Source of the DNA: Chthoniobacterales bacterium
GTDB lineage: Bacteria > Verrucomicrobiota > Verrucomicrobiia > Chthoniobacterales > UBA10450
DNA length: 50,476 nucleotides
Assembly: GCA_038214915.1 (NCBI GenBank)
Contig: JBBQRI010000001.1
Coordinates: 1-50,476, forward strand
Direction of reading: 5' to 3'
Positions 44,603 through 50,476 of the stretch are shown piece after piece (the first letter of the stretch is position 1; each line of letters starts with the position of its first letter). The position numbers and the translations under genes were made by a program. Under the pieces are notes generated by a model. The model did not search any database, was not told the DNA's origin, and saw only the letters and a list, made by a program, of their open reading frames with translations.

Positions 44603-45685
44603 CGACATCAGAAATTCCGCGATATCGAGCGCTGCGCGTGGGCGGCTGAGTTTGCTGATGTTGCCGTTCCATTCTCGCCATTGCTTTGCGCCGTCATCGA
44701 AAGCGCGCCGCACCTGTGCGACAACTTCTCCTGGCGACCGGGCAATCACGCCTGAATTTGTTTCGACGATCAACCGGGCATTGCCTTCCTCCTGACCGGC
44801 GACCACGTGGTTGATGATCATAGGACATTTTGCCGCAATCGTTTCCTGCACCGTCGCGCCACCGGCTTTGCCGATGAGCAAATGGTTCTCGTGCATCATG
44901 CGGGGGAGTTCGTTCGTCCAGCCAATTATCTTTATTGGGTGACCATCTGCGGCCGCGTCAATATCGGGCCGGAGTTCATCAGCGCGGCCGATCGTCACGG
45001 TAAGATCGAGGTCAAGTTTCGCGAGTAGACGCACCAGTTCCGGCGCGCCACGTTTGGCTGCATGAATCATGTACAAAACCCGCCGGCTGGAATTGGTGGA
45101 AGGCAATGGCCGATCTGCGGTGAGATCTGCAAATTTTGGACTGACGGGAAAACCAAATATCCTGATTTTTTCTGGCGCCACTCCGCCATTCCGCAGCACG
45201 CTTGCGCTTTGTTCGTTTGCAACGAGGAAATAATCTGCCGGGCTTCGGTACCAGGATGCGTTGATAGTGATCGAGTCCGTGACAATCACCACACATTTGC
45301 AGACTCTGTCGGCTCCCAAAATCTCCTGAAGCACATTGGCGTAGGCGGGAAAAGAGCAGACGACGATGTCCGGCTTAAAACGGTCGATCACGGGAGCAAA
45401 CTGCGCCTTTAGCCGAATCAATCGCCGAAATTCCGTGTTGTAATCTGTCTTACGATCGAGCCACCGATAAACGAATCCCCACGCACGTGGCGCAGAATTC
45501 ACCAGCGCCAGATAGCTTCGGCGCACCAATTCGTTGACCGGCCCGTAGGCTTCGGCAAACAGATCTCGCAATTCCACTGTAGTCCGATCCAGAGCGACAC
45601 GAGCCAGCCCGTCGCGGACTCCTCTTGCGGCGCTATTGTGCCCCTCTCCGAAACCGGCGGTCAGGATCAATATTCGCTTTTTCAA
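44597..45685 (-). CDS. Glycosyltransferase family 28 (MGDG synthase / UgtP-like diacylglycerol glycosyltransferase)
   Basis: The N-terminus ILILTAGFGEGHNSAARGV and the C-terminal GKAGGATVQE are typical of the family. Confidence 0.75.
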   Translation of the reverse strand: MKKRILILTAGFGEGHNSAARGVRDGLARVALDRTTVELRDLFAEAYGPVNELVRRSYLALVNSAPRAWGFVYRWLDRKTDYNTEFRRLIRLKAQFAPVIDRFKPDIVVCSFPAYANVLQEILGADRVCKCVVIVTDSITINASWYRSPADYFLVANEQSASVLRNGGVAPEKIRIFGFPVSPKFADLTADRPLPSTNSSRRVLYMIHAAKRGAPELVRLLAKLDLDLTVTIGRADELRPDIDAAADGHPIKIIGWTNELPRMMHENHLLIGKAGGATVQETIAAKCPMIINHVVAGQEEGNARLIVETNSGVIARSPGEVVAQVRRAFDDGAKQWREWNGNISKLSRPRAALDIAEFLMSL

Positions 45686-45798
45686 TGGTCGTCAGGTGAC
45701 ACGAACTACAAGGGGAAACACACGCGGAGGTTACTCACTCGCGAAAGCATTCGGACTTTAATGGATATTTGTGCCCGGCAAAGTAAACTCCTGCGGAG

Positions 45799-46692
45799 AT
45801 GAAATATCTCAAATTGATTTGGCGCGTTGCGCGCCGGCTGGTTTGGGAAACAGCGATGGACAACACCACTGGCCTGGCTGCGCAGATGGCGTATCTGCTT
45901 CTTTTCGCGCTCGCTCCCGGCACACTGTTTTTCTGGCACCTGCTGGGCCTGTTCGGCACTGATCCCGCCAAGTTGCATCGGATGTATCTTCTTTTGCGGA
46001 GTTTCATGCCGCCGGATCCAAAAGTGCAGGACATTCTGGACTCTGCCATAGCGAGCGTTGTGGTGACAGGCACGAGCGGACTGCTCGCAAACGCTGGGAT
46101 CATCCTTGGAATTTATTTCGGGACCATTTTCATCGCCACGGTTTCACGCGCACTCAGCCAGATGCACGGAGTCCAGGAAGATCGCCATTGGTGGTCCAAA
46201 TACATCATCTCATTTTTCATGCTTTTCTGGTTTGGGATTGTGATCGTGTTTAGCTTCAACGCCGTGGTTTTTGGCGAAAAACTGGCCGGCATTGCAGAGG
46301 TAAATTGGCAACTTTCATTTCCGCTCCAGGCGTGGATCGCCGGGTTGAACCTGCCGTTGACCGGCGTGGCGCTGGTCGGGCTCGCGCTTGCGCTTTATCT
46401 TCTCACGCCGGAAAACCATTTGACCGTTCGTCAGGCGCTGCCGGGCGCAATTTTCTTTGCGGTCGGCTGGATCATCGCGACGAAACTTTTCCAGCTTTAC
46501 GTGGCACGATACGATCGTTATAACCCGACTTATCTCGCGCTGGCGTCGATCATCGTGCTGCTCACGTGGATGTATCTGACTTGTCTGCTGCTGTTGCTGG
46601 GAGGCAAATTGAACGCCATCATCGGGCGCGAACGTCAGAAGATGCACGTCGCTGAGCCTCTCGCGCCCGCGCCCGCAGCGCCACTCGCCTGA
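45799..46692 (+). CDS. YihY/BrkB family membrane protein
   Basis: It has a GGAG RBS, the motif TGLAAQMAYLLLFALAP, and six TM helices. Confidence 0.85.
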   Translation: MKYLKLIWRVARRLVWETAMDNTTGLAAQMAYLLLFALAPGTLFFWHLLGLFGTDPAKLHRMYLLLRSFMPPDPKVQDILDSAIASVVVTGTSGLLANAGIILGIYFGTIFIATVSRALSQMHGVQEDRHWWSKYIISFFMLFWFGIVIVFSFNAVVFGEKLAGIAEVNWQLSFPLQAWIAGLNLPLTGVALVGLALALYLLTPENHLTVRQALPGAIFFAVGWIIATKLFQLYVARYDRYNPTYLALASIIVLLTWMYLTCLLLLLGGKLNAIIGRERQKMHVAEPLAPAPAAPLA

Positions 46693-46785
46693 TCGACGAA
46701 TACGTAAAAGTTAACCGATCCCAATGGTGAAAAGGCGCAGCTCTTTGTGTTTTGTAACTTTTTTGAGAAATCAGTGCTGTAAGCG

Positions 46786-47871
46786 TTGATCGCATCGCGC
46801 GCTCTGTTACGCTCCGTCGCAGTGGTGCGTTTTCGCATTTGGCTCGCAACTGCGCTCGCATTTGGCGCATTGGTCTCGGGTCTCCTTCGCGCGCAGGTCA
46901 ATGAAGAAAAACGGCGCGATCAATCCGAGGAAACCGAGACGCGCGCCGCGTCCACTCCGGAACCAAAGAAATCTCCAACGCCGAAAACGAAGCGACGCCA
47001 CACCCCAACACCGAAACCAAAAACCGCGAAGAAGAAATCCGGCGCGAAAAAAACGTCCGACAAAGCGAAGAAAAGTGCGGAATCGAAGTCGGCACGAAAA
47101 GAGGAAACTCCTAAGCCACGAAAAACGCCGGCGCCGCAAGTAGAAGAAACGCGCGCCGGGTCCGAAACCGCAGCGCCGCAGCCACGGGCGATTGCCGTGC
47201 CTACACCAGCGCCTTCGCCACAGCCTAAGCCTGCGCGCGCCGTTTCAGGAAGCGCGGAGGCTCAGGTTGTGATCGAAAAATCAGGCATCGAGGAGGACCA
47301 GGGCTTCGAGCCTCCACCGTCGCCGCCGCCGCGCCGATACGGTTTCTGGCCGTGGAGTCGCCCAGTCAGCTACCGTTACCTAACAAGTTCGGTCGTTGAA
47401 GCGATCCGGCGCGCGCCGGTGAAACGGCGTCGCTGGCAGTTCATTGTCGTGCACAACAGTGGCACCCGGCAGGGCAATGCGCGTGTCTTCGATTATTACC
47501 ACAAGCATGTTCGCCGGATGCAGAACGGTCTCGCCTATCACTTCGTTATCGGGAACGGCACATCAACCGGCAACGGCCAAGTCGAAGTCGGCGATCGATG
47601 GCGGCGCCAGATAAACGGCGGTCATGTGCACAGCGATTATCTAAACAACATCTCGCTCGGCATTTGCCTCGTAGGCGATTTCAATCGAGACCAGCCGACG
47701 CGCGCACAGCTCGACGCATGTGAGGAACTCATTCGCTATCTGCGAGACCGCTGCGGGAAAACCGAGAGAGGTACGATACCGGTGAAGCCACACCGCGAAA
47801 TCAACCCACCGCGCTGGCCCACGGATTGCCCGGGCGACGATTTTCCCTACTCGTGGTTTCGAAGATTTTAA
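46786..47871 (+). CDS. N-acetylmuramoyl-L-alanine amidase (Amidase_2/PGRP fold) with a long Lys/Pro-rich N-terminal region
   Basis: After a signal/TM segment there are ~150 aa of basic low complexity (KKSPTPKTKRRHTPTPKPKTAKKK...). The amidase domain follows (FIVVHNSGT..., AYHFVIGNG, HREI...CPGD). Confidence 0.8.
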   Translation: MIASRALLRSVAVVRFRIWLATALAFGALVSGLLRAQVNEEKRRDQSEETETRAASTPEPKKSPTPKTKRRHTPTPKPKTAKKKSGAKKTSDKAKKSAESKSARKEETPKPRKTPAPQVEETRAGSETAAPQPRAIAVPTPAPSPQPKPARAVSGSAEAQVVIEKSGIEEDQGFEPPPSPPPRRYGFWPWSRPVSYRYLTSSVVEAIRRAPVKRRRWQFIVVHNSGTRQGNARVFDYYHKHVRRMQNGLAYHFVIGNGTSTGNGQVEVGDRWRRQINGGHVHSDYLNNISLGICLVGDFNRDQPTRAQLDACEELIRYLRDRCGKTERGTIPVKPHREINPPRWPTDCPGDDFPYSWFRRF

Positions 47872-47888
47872 CGAGACGAATTCAGACC

Positions 47889-48662
47889 TTAGAAATGGAT
47901 CCGCAGACCTGCGCCTAGCAAATGCTGCGCTAGATCGCGGTCCTCTCGAGTGGCGATCTGGCTGCTCGTGTAATGGAGATAACGGTATTCGATGAAGGTG
48001 CTGAGCTTCGGATTCCAATAGTAATCACTGCCCGCGAGCACCTGCCAGGCGAGATCCGCGTGACTTTCTCCATTCGCCGTAAATGTATGGAAAGGCGTTT
48101 TGACTTCGACGTCGGTAGATTCCGCGTAGTAAGCGCCGACTCCAGCCCCGGCGTAAGGCTGGAATCTTCCCAAGGCCAACCTGAGGATGAAGTTTCCCAT
48201 AAACGCGCCAGTGTTAATCCAGGTGCTTACGCTGCCGCTGCGAGTTGTAAGGAAGATAGGCGCTAAGCATCCAGGAACTCCGGCACACGGATCGAACACT
48301 TCACGCAATTTGAAATCGGCGTCGCCATTGAAGCCGTTGTAGAAGAAATCTCCTTCAACCGTCGGGCGAAGTATTCCCGTGCCAAAAATGTAACCAAGTT
48401 TGATGCCTCCGAAAAAACCGTCGTCATTATCAGGGTGGATCTTGACAGTGTCGGTGGTGAAACGGTCGAACTGGCCGGTAAAAGTTGTGGTGCCGACACG
48501 GTCTTGAAAGAGATTGGCGCCGAGATCGATCGCTCCATAAAAACCGGTTCCGTAAAGTTCCGGTGACGGTGGTGCGACTTGCTTGTATGCGACGGGTTCT
48601 CCAGCTTGTAGCGAACCGGTGAATCCAAGAATTGCCATTAAGAACAGAGGTAATTTTTTCAT
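47889..48662 (-). CDS. Outer-membrane beta-barrel protein (OmpA-barrel/OmpW-like)
   Basis: The signal peptide is MKKLPLFLMAILGFTGSLQA. Amphipathic strands alternate, and the C-terminus is GAGLRIHF. Confidence 0.7.
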   Translation of the reverse strand: MKKLPLFLMAILGFTGSLQAGEPVAYKQVAPPSPELYGTGFYGAIDLGANLFQDRVGTTTFTGQFDRFTTDTVKIHPDNDDGFFGGIKLGYIFGTGILRPTVEGDFFYNGFNGDADFKLREVFDPCAGVPGCLAPIFLTTRSGSVSTWINTGAFMGNFILRLALGRFQPYAGAGVGAYYAESTDVEVKTPFHTFTANGESHADLAWQVLAGSDYYWNPKLSTFIEYRYLHYTSSQIATREDRDLAQHLLGAGLRIHF

Positions 48663-48786
48663 ACTTGCGAAGGCGACGCAGCCACTAAGCAAACCTATTT
48701 AAACGAGGCGAGTCGCGGAAAGATTTTACCAAGCCTTCGAAAAAGATTCTTACTATAAGGCAACAAGTTGCACGTGACATCCGCTG

Positions 48787-49914
48787 TCACTTGCGCTCCG
48801 CGACGATCAAGTTTGCTTCCTTGTGGTTCCAGCGATAACCGAATCCGAAATCGAGCGGCGGCGGATTGCTTTGTTGGAAGAGTTCCTGCAGCCGGGGCTG
48901 GTAATGTTGCTTGAAGAGCTCAATCGGTCCGAGGTAAATACCGAACAGGCGCAGGTGCCATTTGTTTGGGTCGAAGTACGCCACGGGAATCCCGGCATCG
49001 TCCTGCACGACTATCTTGCTGTGCTCGAGAATGAAATTGCGAATCGTAGCGAAACTAGTCTCAAACATCAGATACGAGGACGATTTGAGACAGGTCGAGC
49101 CGACGCCCAATCGCTGGCAAAATTTTAAGAAACCGGGAGTCGCTTTGATGCCGCCGTCAGAAATATCGGTGGTGAAATAATACAGCGTCTGTGCACTGCC
49201 TGATTGGTTGTCGGTGTAACGAATACGGACTCCGGGAGTACTACCGTCTTTTCTGCCCGGCGCGGCTTCTTCAAATACGCCGCCGCTGTTGAGCGATCCG
49301 ACCGAGACGTTTGTGATCGATTTGTCCGCGCGCGCGATGCAAGTGTAAAGAATCGGCAGGACGCCGTTCAGATTCTGCTCGTGCAGATCTACCTTCATAT
49401 CTTTCGTGATGAAGTACGTCGTGTTGAGCGACGACTTCATCGCGTTTTCCAGATTTCCCAGTGCGCCGGACAGGTTCGCGATGCGCAAGGGGTCCGGCGG
49501 CGGGCCGAGAGCTTCTTTTCCGCAGAGCACGTACACCGCCGCGCTTGGGAAGAATTGATCCACGTACAAAAAATCGGGCCCGCTGAACATGTAAAACACC
49601 ACGGGAAATGGTTGAAGTGATTCTGGAAACGATGTCTGTTGCCACGCGTGCAATTTCTGGAGCTGTCGAAGATGAAGTTTTGAGAACTGCTCTTCGAAAA
49701 ACGCAGTATGCGCCTGCCACGCTGGATCGCGCATCAGCGGCGCGAGCGGCGAATTCTCCGCCACAGGCATTCCAGCGAGAAAGCGGGCAACGTCATTTGG
49801 ACCGGTGTTCACCGAAATTGCGCGCGGCGCAACTTCCGGATTTTTCTGCGCGCAAACCGTCAGTGCACTAACAAGGCCGAGAGCTATCGATAGAGCGGAG
49901 TAATTTGCTTTCAT
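48787..49914 (-). CDS. Secreted hypothetical protein
   Basis: From ATG 49914: signal peptide MKANYSALSIALGLVSALTVCAQ. The composition is coding-like and I recognise no family. The start overlaps the upstream stop (ATGA). Confidence 0.6.
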   Translation of the reverse strand: MKANYSALSIALGLVSALTVCAQKNPEVAPRAISVNTGPNDVARFLAGMPVAENSPLAPLMRDPAWQAHTAFFEEQFSKLHLRQLQKLHAWQQTSFPESLQPFPVVFYMFSGPDFLYVDQFFPSAAVYVLCGKEALGPPPDPLRIANLSGALGNLENAMKSSLNTTYFITKDMKVDLHEQNLNGVLPILYTCIARADKSITNVSVGSLNSGGVFEEAAPGRKDGSTPGVRIRYTDNQSGSAQTLYYFTTDISDGGIKATPGFLKFCQRLGVGSTCLKSSSYLMFETSFATIRNFILEHSKIVVQDDAGIPVAYFDPNKWHLRLFGIYLGPIELFKQHYQPRLQELFQQSNPPPLDFGFGYRWNHKEANLIVAERK

Positions 49915-50476
49915 GGCGAGCGATCGCGCCGTTTTTGCGCGCAGAAATAGAGCACCAGACCCGACAGCGCCGTTGCTAAACCGGCCAGCGATTCCGCAGT
50001 GTGCGTGCGCAATAGATAAAACATCATCCAAATCGTGATTATCGAAAAAACAACAGGAGGAATGGGGTAAAGCCAAACCCGGTATGGTCGCGTAATTTCG
50101 GGCCGCGTGAAACGAAGCACGATCACGCCCAGCACAGCAAGCAACGAGCAAAGCAGCAAACTGAATTGCGTGTAGCGGACCACGTCCTGGAAGCTTTGAG
50201 TCAGCAAAAATAGATTCACGAAGAGCAGTTGCAGGAAAATGGCATTTGTGGGAATACCATGCTTATTCTTGCCGCCGAGCCATCGCAGAAACCAATGATC
50301 TTCACCCATCGACATGGTCACGCGTGGCCCAATCCACGTCATCGAACTGATGGCGGCAACCAGACCGAGACAAATGATAGCGCCGGCAAATCGCCCGCCG
50401 TTTTCGCCAAAAATATGTTTACCTGCGACTAATGCGACTTCGAGCTGGCCTTTCAATTCCTCAGCAGGCGTGGTCG
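49911..50476 (-). CDS. APC-family amino acid permease, C-terminal part (5' end outside the window)
   Basis: The sequence shows hydrophobic TM helices and the pattern HGIPTNAIFLQ. The frame stays open to the window edge. Confidence 0.7.
   Translation of the reverse strand, partial: TTPAEELKGQLEVALVAGKHIFGENGGRFAGAIICLGLVAAISSMTWIGPRVTMSMGEDHWFLRWLGGKNKHGIPTNAIFLQLLFVNLFLLTQSFQDVVRYTQFSLLLCSLLAVLGVIVLRFTRPEITRPYRVWLYPIPPVVFSIITIWMMFYLLRTHTAESLAGLATALSGLVLYFCAQKRRDRSP

Noticed and set aside
46807-47143. Arg-rich ORFs overlapping the Lys/Pro-rich region of the amidase gene
   Set aside because: These are frame and antisense artefacts of a low-complexity AAG/CCG-rich coding stretch.
1-50476. Prophage, integrative element or genomic island signatures
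   Set aside because: I recognise no integrase, transposase, recombinase, tRNA attachment site or phage structural gene. I also see no obvious compositional break by eye.

Overview
This 50.5 kb window is moderately high-GC bacterial chromosome, densely coded on both strands with about 55 protein-coding genes. I found no rRNA, tRNA, CRISPR array, transposase, integrase or phage structural gene. Gene content points to a Gram-negative, Verrucomicrobiota/PVC-like organism: a UBact-type ubiquitin-like protein with a 20S proteasome, a futalosine-pathway radical SAM enzyme, and BamA-Skp. The taxon is inference only.

Most genes are housekeeping or envelope functions:
- Ion transport and central metabolism: KirBac K+ channel, split IcmF-like B12 acyl-CoA mutase, plasma-membrane-type P-type ATPase with PPK2 and an MFS transporter, D-amino-acid oxidase, SodC, FolB, NagA.
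- DNA repair: MutM and a UDG-family glycosylase.
- Membrane and secretion: SPFH, NfeD, BamA, Skp, MsbA-like ABC exporter, TatC, prepilin peptidase.
- Cell wall: two amidases and PG-binding/LysM proteins.

The best candidate for an undescribed system is at 4557-7252 (minus strand). It is a tightly coupled pair of divergent caspase-like (peptidase C14) genes, both with intact His/Cys dyads. The downstream one is fused to an N-terminal Ser-Asp-His alpha/beta-hydrolase-like domain through a Lys/Arg-rich linker. I cannot match this two-gene cassette to a named system.

Other notable items:
- A ubact-prcB-prcA cluster without adjacent Mpa/Dop/PafA genes, co-directional with cell-wall genes.
- Three genes interrupted by four frameshifts (mutM, a YbaK-like deacylase, a DUF2846-like lipoprotein). 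These are either real decay or assembly error.
- A prepilin peptidase with a ~100-aa insertion between its catalytic Asp residues.
- An orphan flavin-dependent halogenase-like gene.
- Two families of short REP-like hairpin repeats.
- A 14-bp perfect inverted repeat upstream of the mutase operon.

All product calls come from motif and family recognition by eye. No database search was run.
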